From assembly GCF_026210795.1 (NCBI RefSeq), contig NC_089435.1:2480001-2544000 (forward strand): a stretch of 64,000 bases of DNA, read 5' to 3'. This stretch comes from Rhizophagus irregularis. Taxonomy: Eukaryota. The translations under genes were made by a program, and so were the position numbers. The notes beneath the pieces are model-generated. The model was not told the DNA's origin and did no database searches. It saw only the letters and a program-made list of their open reading frames with translations. Shown one piece after another: positions 13,934 through 27,412 of this stretch (positions are counted from its first letter, which is position 1; each line of letters opens with the position of its first letter).

Positions 13934-16900
13934 ATGAGTCAAGATACGATTATCACAATTGAAGAAGTTCCGCCGCACAATGGAAAGCCGATAACTAAAA
14001 TTGCAATTTCTCCACAGTCAAAATACGTCGTAACATATAGTCAGGAAGATAAATCCTTTGTTGGATGGTGTAGTAAAAATACCCGAAAGGAAGATTCTAC
14101 TGCCAAATTTATTAATATACATTCGCTTATCGGATTGCTTTTTGGTAATAAAGACGACCAAGATCATAAAGATGATGATAATAATGATTATTCGGGACGG
14201 CTTATTGTTGACAATAAAGTCAAACAATATAATTTAGATTTATATGTTTCGGATTATAAGATCTCTGATGATAAGATTATAATTTATGAGGATAATGATG
14301 AATTAGGTCAGTTATTATTATTATTCTTCAAAAATGTATGCCGTAATTTAAGAGTTTTAATTTGTTGATAAGAAAAATTTTTCCTTTTCTGTAGCAATTA
14401 TCTACGATACGAAAAATGAAAAGCAAATTCTTCTCAATTCAAGTTTAAATACTGATTATAAATATAAATTTAACTTCCCATGCTACAAGTTTACAAACTT
14501 TCTTACAAATGGAGATTTAGCTACTTACAATATTATTGAAAGTAAAGGATCTAAGAATCCAACGATAAGCAGAAAACCAGTTCTGTTAATTTATTCTTTG
14601 AATACTAAAGATAATATCTGGGAATGCAAATATACATACGAATTCGACAATATGAATGAAATAGAAATTAGTTGTGGTGGAATAACCAATGACAGGTTAT
14701 GGACGTTATCAAAAAATACCATATTTATATTAGATTTATTAACATTCCAATATCGGAAGATTCCGTTAGAGATAAAAGTATGTATATATTGTGTCACTTT
14801 AATACCAATATTATTATTACTTCAATATAATATTTATTTTTTTAACTTTTTTTATGATTATAGGAAAAAGTAATAGATACTAAAATGATAGAATTGAAAT
14901 TTTTCAAATCTTTAATGGTTATAAGTATTAAAGGCATACATTATATTTATTCTGATAGAATGGATTTTCCAATTAAAATTATCGAGGGATCAAATTTGGA
15001 AAATTCAATCAAATACAATAACTTGATAAAATCTTTTCTTGAAACTAATGATAACCCTAATTTTAGACTTAATGACCAAAATGCTTTCGGAATATTTTAC
15101 GAAAAACCATGGATGGTTAATATGAAAAAGTTCGACTTGGAAGCTTATATAATTAATGACAACTATATTGATTCGGAAGAAATTAGCGATATTAAAGATT
15201 CAATCAATGAAAACATCTTTTACAATATAGGAAAACAATTTACTACAACACAAAATGAAAATGAGTTTATAAAAAAGTACATTATACCAAATTTAGTAAA
15301 CTCAAATGAAAATCAAAATGAATATCATATGAGATTAACAAACAAAAGTGGTGAATTTATTTTAGAAGCTTTTATTAATAATTCATCTCAAAATAGACCT
15401 TTGGCTTCATATAACATTAGGGGCCCTAACTGGAAACATATAGTAGTTAATCGTACTAATATTTTATATAATGATACAGAGTTACATATATACACTTTCA
15501 ACATAGAATTTAAAAAGATCGAATTGAAACTTTGTTATAACCTTGAATTCCTTAAATATGCAATTAAGCTTTATAATAGCAATAAACCAGATGCTTTAGA
15601 AATTGATGAAATCAAAGAAATAGCTCAACCTGCAACTAATGAATTAAAAAAGCAATGGATTCTTTATGCAACAAACCAAAAGTATTTTCTAGCGTATTAT
15701 GGGGAGAACCTCTTAAAATCAGCAATAAAACAACATAATATAGAGTTAATAGAATTGATCTATAACAAAATACTTGAACATTTCAAAGAAAATCCGAATA
15801 ATAATATTCACTTATTATCACTGTTATGTAAGAATATGCCATATTTAAATCAATATTATTCTGGATTTTTATCAAAATATTATAATGAAATGAATTTGTT
15901 TGCAGATTCTTCAAATTCAAGCATGACATATAATAACCTTCAGCATCTTTATTCTTATCATAATGAATTAAAAATATCTAATAATACATTCATATATTAC
16001 TTTCTTCGTAAATTTAGATCATATAACTGGAATTTTCTTTATCCATTACGAATATTTTCAAAATTTTTTAAATCACGAATATATTTACTAGTATTATTTT
16101 TTAGTGTTATAAGGTTCTCTTTCACTTTTACTCATGATACCGATATTAGACTATACTGCACACTAGATGTTATCACTATTATTATTCTATCCTTCATGAA
16201 ATATTGGAAATCACGTCCACTATTAGTACTTCTGTTATATACTGTCATTATAGCACTTTCTTTTCGTAATCATGGAATTATTATAATTTTATTCTTCAGG
16301 AAATATTGGAAATCACAGACACAATTAATTTTCATGATATGTATTGCTTTCATTGTCAATCCCAAATTAGCAAATATTATGATTGTAATGAATATATTCG
16401 CAAGAAAATATCCTAAAGCACCTTTTATATATATTGTCGGCATTCTTGGCTTAATTATATATGTCGCCATTCATAGTTATAATGAAATTTTTACGATTAT
16501 TCCAGTTTTTATATTTGCATACTTCATAAAATATTTTGAATCATTTAAATTTCAATTAGCACTTCTAATATTATTAATTAATGGTTATGCTCTTTATTTA
16601 TTATCATATTTTTCAATTTTAAAGACAAATATTTTATTTGGTTTATTCGAAGTCCCATTTGTATTTGGAATATCAATATCCGTCATACTCTTTATTATTT
16701 GCGCATTTTTTATCAAATTTGTCTTTAATGAACGACAAACTAGACCAAAACTTACATTTTTAGTTCCATTCCCCGGTTATATGACATATCCAAAAGATTA
16801 TAATTTTTTTGAAGAATTATTTATCAAACCTCAATCAAGTCCTTTTACAAAAACACAAAATAATGATCTTTATAAAACTTGGAATGGTGAAGCCATTATT

Positions 16901-18273
16901 AATTTTAAATGGAGAGTATTTGGTAGATATTATTATGCAGGAATCTGGATTTTATTTATAATTTATCTAGCATGTTTTACATTAGCATCAATTCCTTATG
17001 ATATTTTTAATGATGAAAATAGAAAAAAACTTTTCTTTTTATCAATTATTCTTGGATTTATTCACTTATTATTTGAAGTTCGTCAATTTATTTGGAGCCC
17101 AATTAAATGGATATTTGATATATGGAATTTGTTTGGTAATTAAATTTTTTTTAATAATGTTTTTTTTTTTTAAATAACTTATTAATAATTAATTTATATA
17201 TAGATCTTAGTGCATATCTTGTACCTGTTTTAACTTCTATATACTGGATTAATAGTTATATAAATGAAGAAAGCACAGACTATACAAATGCTATTTCAGT
17301 TTCATGCCTTTTGCTTGATATAAAATTTTTACTTTTCTTTAGAGCTTTTGAATCTTTTGGAATTTATTTTGCTATTATAATAGGAGTTGCTAAAAGAATT
17401 ATTTCTTTTCTTTTTATTATACTTATCATTTTATTTGGTTTTGCGCATGCATTTTTTATATTGTTAAAACCAAAATCTGAATATGACCGAGATTTGAATG
17501 ATTTAAATAACCCTTGGTCACTTACAAAAAAATATCATCAAGTAACAGAAGATACCAATATTGATGAAACTGCAATCTTGATTGAAGAACCAAGCAGTAA
17601 CACCAATTTATTTACTAATTACCCTAATTCACTTCTTTCTATGTATTTATTTCTTACAGGTAATGTTTTAAAAAGCAAAATAATTAATTAATCTACTATT
17701 ATTAACAATATTTATAATTTATAATTTAATAATAGGAGACAGAAACTCTTTATCAGCGTGGTCACCAAATGATAATCCATTAATGATATTATTGATGATA
17801 ATATTTTCATTTGTTATTGTTTTGTACCTTATGAATTTATTCATCGGATTATTGAATATGGCTATTGAGGCAGATAATAATCGAGCGTCTTATTTAGCAC
17901 AAAAAGTATTGGTTAGTAATGATTGTAATTAATTTTTTAAGTTTACAATTGATTCTGAAATTTAACTTGGTTTTTTGTAATTTTTTTTTTTTTTATAGAT
18001 TCTTAGAGAAATTGAATTATTTTATTTATTTCCGAATCAAAGACGTTGGAAAACTTGGTTCCCTGATATTATGTAATTATTTTCTTTCTATTTATATTAA
18101 ATATTATTCAAATATATTAAAATTCTTTTTTTTTATTTTGCAGTTATTATTATGCGGACGTTGACAAAGTCGTCAAAGTTAATGAAAAACAAGGACTTTT
18201 TCAAATGAAAGAAATAACTTTTAAGACAACCTTTGGTAAAGATAGATTAGACTTAGAATTGGGGAAAATATGA
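13934..18273 (+). CDS. TRP-like cation channel (Ion_trans C-terminus, N-terminal WD40-like segment), 7 exons, ~1287 aa
   Basis: Exons 13934-14306, 14395-14777, 14864-17135, 17204-17659, 17736-17911, 17999-18072 and 18144-18273 join in frame via GT-AG introns (3864 nt). Motifs EAIINFKW, FEVRQF..WNLFD, FLLFFRAFESFG, FAHAFFILL, pore SMYLFLTGD, MNLFIGLLN, EIELFYL. Confidence 0.9.
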
Positions 18274-18576
18274 AACTTTTTATCTCAGAATTTATATATT
18301 AGAATTGATGAATTATAAAAAAAATTTTGTTATTTTATCTCATAAACATAAAAAATTAACACTTGACATGTGTTAATGTGTTAAACTATTAAAAATTTAA
18401 TAAAGTATTTACAAAATGAGACCTACTTGTATATCATCATTATTATTATCAGAAAACAGATTTACTGTATCTTCTTGACTAACTTTAATATACCATATCT
18501 GACCAAATCCTTAGTAGTTAGTACACTCGACAAAAGACTCGTTTTCTCGAGTATTTTCTTCACTGAAAGATCCACT

Positions 18577-18822
18577 TAGAGATTGGAACCGGAATTAAAA
18601 AATAAATCTGGTTTTAACTTATAATATATCTGGTTCTTTCGAGTCCTTCGAATTTAAATCTGGTTTTATTCGATTTTTTCGGTTATCCAGATATGATAAA
18701 TCCAGTTTCCTTCGTTCCATCTGGATTTATTATATCCTGTTTTCTTTCGATATTCAGATTTAAATTCGAATCGAAGGAAACCAGATTTAAATCTGAATAT
18801 CGAATACCGGATCTACCACCTT
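18577..18822. repeat. Degenerate MITE-like patch of short inverted sub-repeats
   Basis: Repeated AAATCTGG/CCAGATTT, TTCGAA and GATATTCAGATTTAAAT/ATTTAAATCTGAATATC in both orientations. Confidence 0.5.
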
Positions 18823-19309
18823 CTTGATTATTTTCATTAATATGCCATCCGAAACTATATTATATTTTATTACGCCATATTTATTATTACAGTTATACAG
18901 TATACGAAAACAATCCTTTATCTTTATTATCTACAGAAGCACAGATCGCTGTAGTGATTGTATAATTGTATCTACTCACGCTCTTCACAACCATAATAAA
19001 AGATCGACAATAGAAAATATCTTAAATCTAACAAGTTTACTTATCTTACATGTACTAGTCACATAAAGTTTTACTTGTGTTTTTTTCTTTGCAGCAAAGA
19101 AACATTATTTCGGTAATCCAACATTCATGCAGGAAAGCTTGGGATGGTGTACATAATGTACTCCCGATTTAACTCGCTCCTTATAGTCTAACTATATTAA
19201 AATCTTGTATTACACATACGTCTTAAATTATTTGTACTATCTGGAATAGGTTAAAATAATAATTAAGAACAATTAAAGGATATAAAACAATGATATTTTA
19301 AGATGGTAA

Positions 19310-19990
19310 AACTTGAGAATGGAGCGTGCACAGTTTTGGAGTCGGCTCACGGTTCCCAGCTCGGTTCGGTTCAAACCGACTTGAATCACTTTGTTTCACG
19401 TGACGTTACACGAATTTCCAAAAAGGAAATTTTGTTCCCTGAAAAATTATGTTGTACTGTATTCCAAAAAAGGAAATTCCCGTGCTGATCATTTAATTCT
19501 GGCTGGAATTAAGAATTTATTAATTTGCTAATTATAGACTTTAGCTAACTCTAGCCGTTCCTTAAATTAATAATAAAATAAATCATAAAATTATTTTAAA
19601 TAATTGCTATTATTATTAATTTGATATTATTATTATTAATTTTATTTATTATTATTTAAGTATTGCGAATTTTGGAAATTGCGCATAGTAAATTATAGTG
19701 GACAATACTGAAGTGGAAACTAACAAATAAGAATGCGAAAAACAAAAAAAACTTACCAAAGTTTGAGTCACTTGAGTCGGCTTGAGTCGCTGTAGTTGGT
19801 TTGAGTCGCTTGAGTCGGTTCGAGTCGCTCAAGTCGGTTCGAGTCGGTTTAGACTGAGCCGTTCCAAGTCAGTTTAACCGCTCTATTGAGCTGGAGCTGA
19901 ACCGATGAGTGGCTTCCCATCTCTAAATATCGATCTCTGGAGCGAGCCGACAAAGTAAAATAAATTCTATTACCGATTCTTCCAGCTCTA
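19310..19990. mobile_element. Degenerate hAT-like non-autonomous remnant
   Basis: Clusters of 9-10-bp GAGTCG/GGTTCG sub-terminal repeats (19338-19390, 19763-19910) ending in CCCATCTCTA (reverse complement TAGAGATGGG, a hAT-like end); no clear TSD. Confidence 0.5.
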
Positions 19991-20429
19991 GTGAAGGATG
20001 AAGATGACGAAGAGGAAAGGAATAACAAAGTGAATCAAGTAAAGAAAAAAGATAATAAATTTTTAGTTAAAACCTTTTATTTTAAAAATATTACTTAAGA
20101 GTACAAACGTGTTTTGAAAGTCAAGATTCAAGTAAAGTTCATAATACTCTGTGGTACAAGGATGGTTTGTTTATTTACAAGACATGTAATGCCGCATAAC
20201 GGTCTTTTTTTTTACAAGGAGAGAAGTGCCATATATTGATTAAGCCTTTATTTTTTATTTTTATTTTTTTAAGAACACTAAAATTAAAATTGAAAAGCAC
20301 TACAGTCAAATCAGTTCATGCATAACATAACAAATAAATAATTTTATAACATGATTTTACAATAACAGAAATTAATGTACACTCTCACTCGCTTTCATGT
20401 CATTCATGTTGTCAGTTGGCTTCATTTCA

Positions 20430-21906
20430 TCAGTCATCATTAGTTTTCATTCCATCATTTGTTTTCGTGTTGTCAGTTTTTTTCATTTCATCATTCGTCT
20501 TAATGTTATCATTCGTTTTTATTTCATCACTCATTTTCATTTCATCATTCATTTTCATTTCATCACTCGTTTTCATGTCATTAGTCATTTTTCTTTCATC
20601 ACTCGTTTTTATTTTGTCATTCATTTTAATGTCATCATTCATTTTAATGTCATCGTTCGTTTTAATGTCATCGTTCGTTTTTATGTCATCAATCGTTTTA
20701 GTATCATCACTAGTTGCAGCCGATATACCCATATTCAAGTCATCACTAGTTTGTCCATATGGATGATCATCAGCAGTAGCTTGAATTCTCGTCACCAAGT
20801 CATCACTAGTTTGTCCGTATGGATGGTCATCAACAGTAACTGGTACGCTCGTCATCAAATCATCACTAGTTTGTCCGTATGGATGATCATCAACAGTGAT
20901 TGGATTAGTTTGTCTATATGAACTACTATCAGCAGCTGTCGATACATTCGTAATTGTAGTTTGCCCGTATGGATAATTATTAGCAGTAACCGGTGCTACA
21001 TTCGTCATGACAACGCTGTATGGATGATTACTAGCAGTAGCCGGTACTACATTCGTCATGCCCACAACGTATGGATGATATACAACAGGCTGTCTGTATG
21101 GAGCAGCAGCAGCAGCAGCATCTTCTTTACTTTTTCTTCTCTGTGCATAAGTGTAAACTACTATAGCAAAGTAAATCTGCGTTTACATTAAATAAAATAA
21201 TAATTATTAATATTTCTTAATTTGAATAGAATAATTTACCAAAAAAAAAAAAAAAAATAGACATATATATTATTTTTAATATGTACCGATAAAAGGGATG
21301 CAAAAATGGAAATAGCAATGGATACTGGCAGAAAATCACATTTGTAAAAAAGACATGATGAATCAGATACTTCAATGATAGTAACTATGAAATTACTTAA
21401 AATATCATGAAGTGTAGAGAGAATAACTATGCCAGAATATATTCTCAAATTTTTATAAGTATTCTAAAATAAAATTTAAATAGAATTAATAGAATATTTA
21501 ATTTATCGAATAACATTAATATTTTTACTTATTTCATTACATACTGCACAAGTCAATACGTATAGTCCAAACGCTGCTCCAAGTGTTGTTAATGCATAAA
21601 GAACAATCTGTATCACTATTTTGTTAAAAAAAAAAAAAAAAAAAAATCATTTAATACCTTTTATTTTTTTTTATAAAAAATAAAGGGATGATACTTTTAA
21701 AAAGAGATTTACCTGTTCTAATTAAAATTGCACATGAATAAATTCCATAACACTTTATTTTTGAAAATATTTTGTTAAAGACGTTCACATACTTTATTAA
21801 ACCTTGAAAGAATTTAAAAACATACAAGCCATAATAATGTTATAATCAGAACTCCAGCTTTTAGTGGAATACAACAGCAACAATTATTCAGTCTTGCTAT
21901 AAACAT
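20430..21906 (-). CDS. Multi-exon ~4-TM membrane protein with a long repetitive C-terminal tail
   Basis: ATG at 21906 gives MFIARLNNCCCCIPLKAGVLIITLLWL. Further hydrophobic exons (YGIYSCAILIRT; IVIQIVLYALTTLGAAFGLYVLTCA; IYSGIVIL...FFFFFW; IYFAIVVYTYAQRRK) are separated by GT-AG introns and run into the 20430-21065 ORF. Confidence 0.75.
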
Positions 21907-24149
21907 CCTAATTATTTTGTGAAAAAATGATTTTAAAGGACAAACAAACAACCCAACTTACATTATTTATAAGAATGGAGAATTGGCTTGTAGATCTTGC
22001 GGAGTTTCCAGAAGTGCAAAATTGCAAATACATATGCGATAAGCCAAATTTAAATGAACGTCAAGTTTAATGAGTATAATAAAATTGTGTATAAAAAATC
22101 AGAGCTTTTGTTTCCAGTTGTTTTTGAACGTAAGATCAGCATATTCCAATTTTAAGTAATTAGCTTGGAGAAAAAAGTAGAAAAAAGTAGAAAAAAGTCC
22201 GTACAATATCTAACTTTAATTGTGGTATTATCTTAATTAATTTGATAAACATACTAACCAAGAAAGCTGTACAATTTATACTAAGTCAGCTTCTTTATTT
22301 GAACGTAATAGTCACAATATAAATGTAGATCATAATCAAATATGATAATGAAAATAAATTAGAATAATGATTAATTTAGTAAATTTAGTTAAGTATAATA
22401 TGTTACGTAATAACTATCATTTGACTTTTTTTTCTTATTTTATTTATTTATTATTTTGTTATTTAATTAAAATAAAGGATGCACATATACCATTGGTTTT
22501 TTTTTATTAATTATAGTTACTAATATTTTTCTTTTTAAGGCTTATTAAAATAAAACAATAATTTCGGAATAATTACAGTATTAATTAGTACTTATTAATA
22601 AATTGATTTTAAAAATAAATCCATAAAATTAGAAATAGGAATAATAAGGCGACACAAAAAAAAATTGGTTCTCATATCACGGACGGGTCACCTGAGTGGA
22701 AAAATTCATCAACCAATAAAAATGCTCCACAACATATCAGATCTTTGTGACAGATTATTTGGCGCGGTAATTTTAAAAAATCACAAAATCTACCTTTCCT
22801 TTTAATTTAAAATTTTTAAACTTGCATTTTGGGTATATTTTCGCCTGCTCTGAGTTTACTTAGAGTTTTGATGACAATTTTATAAATATCGTCTTTGTCG
22901 ATTGTTTAAAAAAAAAAAGGTTTGTTAAATTACTTTTTTTGATTAAATGTGATAAAGAACATACAATTCATGTCATAATTATTAGTAAATATATATAAAA
23001 AATAAATAAAGTAATATAATGTATAAGAATTTTAAAAAATATTGCATTATATAATTGTTAGATAAAATTTATAAAAAATACATAATATTATCTAATCTAT
23101 ATATCAAATAAAATTTATATTTAAACTATTATGAAATTTATTAAATAAAAAAATGATTATCTTTATAAAAGTTTTCAATGTTGTATACAAATAAAAAATA
23201 CTTTAAAAAAAAGATCATACGTAAATTTTTTTTTTTTAGTTTAAAAAAAAATCAAGGAGAAATCACTTTCACCCTAACAAATTCAGCAATAGTAAGTTCA
23301 ATGCTGCACTTATCCTGTAACGTAACCCATAAAATTGAATTGATGATCATCTTTCGTAGATCACCTGCGTTTATTATCTAATTATTTAAATAAATGAAAG
23401 AATATTATTATTTAAAAAATAAATAAATTTTTATTTTAAACAATTGATTAAAAGTTTATGAATTATTTCCAAAATATTATCATGAGGAGGTTCCTTTGAT
23501 AAGAGTAAATTGTCCTATAAATCTAAATACTGAAATACATCACCAGACGTAAAATCTAAAATCCATTTTGGAACCGAAGGATTTCCTCTTTTATGATAAA
23601 ATTATTGCTGTCTCGTTCAATAGAATGAATTACACAATACAAATTAGGGTGAATTTTGCTAGTATGGTACTCATTAAAAAGCTCTGTATTTTTTTTTTAA
23701 TAGATTTTTTATTTAATTTATGGCGCAGTTAATCGTATACAAATTTTACATTTTTTTTTAAATTCTAAATATTTTGATGCAATAATATCATTTATATAAC
23801 AATTTTTATATGATATTTAGTAATTTTTATTATCAATCAATTATTAATAAATAATTACTACCGTCAAATTTTTTTTTTAATTGCCGAACCGCATGTGATG
23901 GGATGAAAATTGTTATAATCGGTGCGGGCTACGAATAATATTTTATTTTAGTGATGCAAAAAACACACTTTGTATCTGGTAACCTTATGGCTACAGGTGA
24001 CCTGGACGCTTCAAAAAACATTATATTATAATTCAAAAATTTTTATTATCTTATTTGCTGTTTAGCAATACAGTATATGCAATATACGTATATAAAATAT
24101 AAGATAGTTAAGCAAGAGTTAAAATCGAAAATTAAAATGAGATGTCCCA

Positions 24150-24740
24150 TTTGCTTCAAAGCTCACTGCTTAAATGAATACAAAAAGAAAACAATAAAAA
24201 GGAATAAAAGAGCAATGTTAAGAACATTTCTCGTTGAATAAATAGAATGAATAAAAAAACCCTTACTCATGTAAGTCCGGTGCATCTCAGCCGACATTCC
24301 TATAAATAAAAATAAATATAACGCTTCTAATCAAACAAACATCATGAAAATTTCGTAAGTCCGAACCATTTTGGCTGGAATTTTTACAAAATAGAAGTAG
24401 CAAATAGAAATGTTAGGAACGCTCTCCATTAAATAAACATAAAAAAAAATCTCTTCCTCTTTCTCTTCTCATTACTTGTAAGTCCTTCGTCTTGGCCTGC
24501 ATTTCCTACAAAATAAAAGTAAACAGAAACGTTAGAAATGTTTCTTATCAAATAAACCTATCCTTTCCTTACCAATTACGGCATGACCCGTAAGTCCGTC
24601 CAGTCTTAAAAACAATTCGAAGTAGTGTCCATAATGTTTCAATTAAAAAAAGTTACAGTATAAATGAAATTAGAAAAAGTACGTTAGCAACGTTCTCAAA
24701 GCCTAAAAGAATCAGAAACAAAAAATAGAACATACCCAAA
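24150..24740 (-). repeat. Array of ~4-5 intron/micro-exon-like units
   Basis: Minus strand repeatedly shows CTAAC branch, pyrimidine tract and AG, then a ~30-nt GC-richer segment containing GGACTTAC, then GTAAG. Confidence 0.6.
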
Positions 24741-26239
24741 ATATCATTATACGTACTCTTAGTAATAGATGTATCACGTTTAATGAAGTCATTAAATTAT
24801 GATCTACATAGTGCCGCTTCATGTAATCACATGATGATCACTATATCCCGAGATTTTCATCTTTTTTGCTTTACATGACGGTAAATAATGGTAAAAAAAT
24901 CAAGATTAATTATTATTTTTAGGAAAAAATATTATGTATTATTTTCAAAATAATTGATTTAACTCAGATGACTTTTTTAAAAGAAAAAGAAAACAATATC
25001 CTATAGTAAAAAAGAAAACAATATTCAATTGATCATCAATTATTATGTTTATCATTTTTACCATTTTATTACGTACCCAGTCGTACCATGTCCATCATTT
25101 TCACGTCCATGGGAAAAACTGAATGCATAAAGCTTGAAGCTTGAAACTTGAAGCTTGAAACATATTAAACATATTCTAAACTTAAAAAATAAACGTAAGC
25201 TTAGGTTTGAGCATAAGCTTAAGCATATATAATGTTATAAAAATGCAAGAAAATAACTGTGAAATTCAAATGATTTGCTGTTAATTTGACTTCATAGTCA
25301 AATCCTTCGTAATACTGTCAAACAGTTTAACTTTACAGTCAAACTCTTTACAAACAGTTTGACGAAATTAAAGTAATTCTAATAAAAGAAATTCTGTTTT
25401 TTTGGAATTCCCAAAAAGGAGGTATATTCCTTTTTAGGAAAATTATTTTTAAAATTCAAGATTTGCATTTAGATAAACACTTTGCTTTTACTGCCAAATT
25501 CTTTGCAATTTATACAAAATAGTTTATATTTAACGCCAAATACTTTTGTACTTCAAATTCAAATCAGCCCCAATAAGAAAAGTCTAAACCATATATAGGC
25601 ATCACAATAACCATATGTTTGAATTTCATGATCGTCAAATTAAGGTTATTGCACAAACTTTTCGCCATTCTTTTTTTTCTTCAAGCTAAATAGATCAAAA
25701 ATGACATTCAAAACCGTCTTTATTACTTTAAGTAAACTTGTAGAGCAGCCAAAATTACGTCTACTACACAATTTTTGAAATCCATATGTTAAGAATGTTA
25801 ATGAAAAAAATTATTTTTTTTTTGATACATTTGTTGCGCTATACAACATATAACCTGTCACAGATTCCAGAGAGGGTTTGCCATACACTACATACTTTGT
25901 TTCCAAAAAAAACATGAGTACATGTTATTATCAGATAATCAGATTCCCGAAAAGGTTTACTATACACTTGATTCATCGTTCCCATATACTACATGTTAAT
26001 GTATCACCTTTCTGAGTAGAAAAGACTGTTTTGTCATAAGATTCGAACACTCCACTTTTTGGGGGAAGTGAAAAGTTCACAATCTTATCTTTTTTAAGAT
26101 TTCATTCGCACTTATTCATATAACCATTTATGATAAAAATAATTATGTGATGTGGAAGTGGCGATGAAACTCTGAAATTCTATAAAATGTCGACCTTTTC
26201 TTTCTGTCAAAGTCTTCATCGAAAATCAATTAATTCATT

Positions 26240-27412
26240 ATGGGAAAAATCTTTGGTCAATTCATCGGCGGGGTCATTATTGCCTTGCAATTATTAATGA
26301 TAGTTTACTTGGTCATCATTATAGATAAATCTTCATTGCCAGAGCGCGGGCAAGAAATTTCAAATCTTACTAACTTACCAATATGGATTAATGTTCCCTG
26401 TCCAAGCCTGCAACCTGAGGTCAAAAGGACTTGGTTGGAATATGTCTCAGCTTTTTTCACCGGCGTGGCAAGCTTGGCATGTATACAACGTATAAGAAAA
26501 GTAAATAAAAAGAATAGAACAAATATACCCACATGGGACACTGTCGTCGACGCCGTCAATAGATCTATCACCTCTAGCAAACCTATCGACCGGTCTATGT
26601 TCGACATTATTATTACCGTTTACGTCACCATCACATTTTTTGCTCTGGCTGTAGGATTGGTCTTTAGTGTAGGAAAATTGTGGGCAATTTTCGGAATATT
26701 TCATAATGTTATGGAAGTTTTCATCGTATCCGCGTTATTGCGTATGACAAGAGTCAATTACGTTATCTTGATCACATTGATTTATTCAGTGGTTTCCACA
26801 GGGGCCTTTAGTCAGTTGCCCTGGTATTGGGATGCGATGTTTTTCAAATTTCAAGGCAAGTTCTTTTTTTTATACCTTTCAACCACTCATATCTCTAACA
26901 ATCAATCTTATTTCTTGTAACAGGTTTGATTCTGGATTTTATGATACCAGTCCTCTTCTCCATTGTGGCATATCAAAATCATGTTCAATCAGACGAAGAG
27001 AGCCAGCCACTTATTGATACGAACTCGACTAACTCCCGTCTAAAGGGCCTAGGATACTTGGTCTTTGCCGCTTTTGTTCATCTCATTGGAAATATATCTG
27101 ATGTAGTTGGCAATGATTCCAGTATATCGTATGTATTTTTTGCGAGAGTGATTTATTTTATTTCTTGCCTAAAATTTTTTAAATTTTTCTTTTATAACAT
27201 CCTTTAGGATTACTGTTTTTAATTTGTCATATTTTGTCGCCTTTCCGATATACGCCTATTACGTGTATAAAGATAAAACAGATAAAGATAATTCTGTGAA
27301 ACCCATTCAAGCTAATATAACTGTTTTTGACTTTGTCCTGTTATTCTTGTGGGGTACTACTGCTAGTGGCATTAGCACTTTGATTGGAATAAAAGAGCTT
27401 AGGTGTACATAA
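26240..27412 (+). CDS. Uncharacterised multipass (~7-8 TM) membrane protein, 3 exons
   Basis: Exons 26240-26855, 26924-27128 and 27208-27412 join in frame using a GC-AG intron (26856 GCAAGT..AACAG 26923) and a GT-AG intron (27129-27207). Confidence 0.8.

Noticed and set aside
20397..20921. Plus-strand 174-aa and 116-aa ORFs
   Set aside because: Antisense shadows of the 18-bp repeat in the minus-strand gene.
23260..23630. Minus-strand coding-like fragment with an intron
   Set aside because: Contains stops; no recognisable family.
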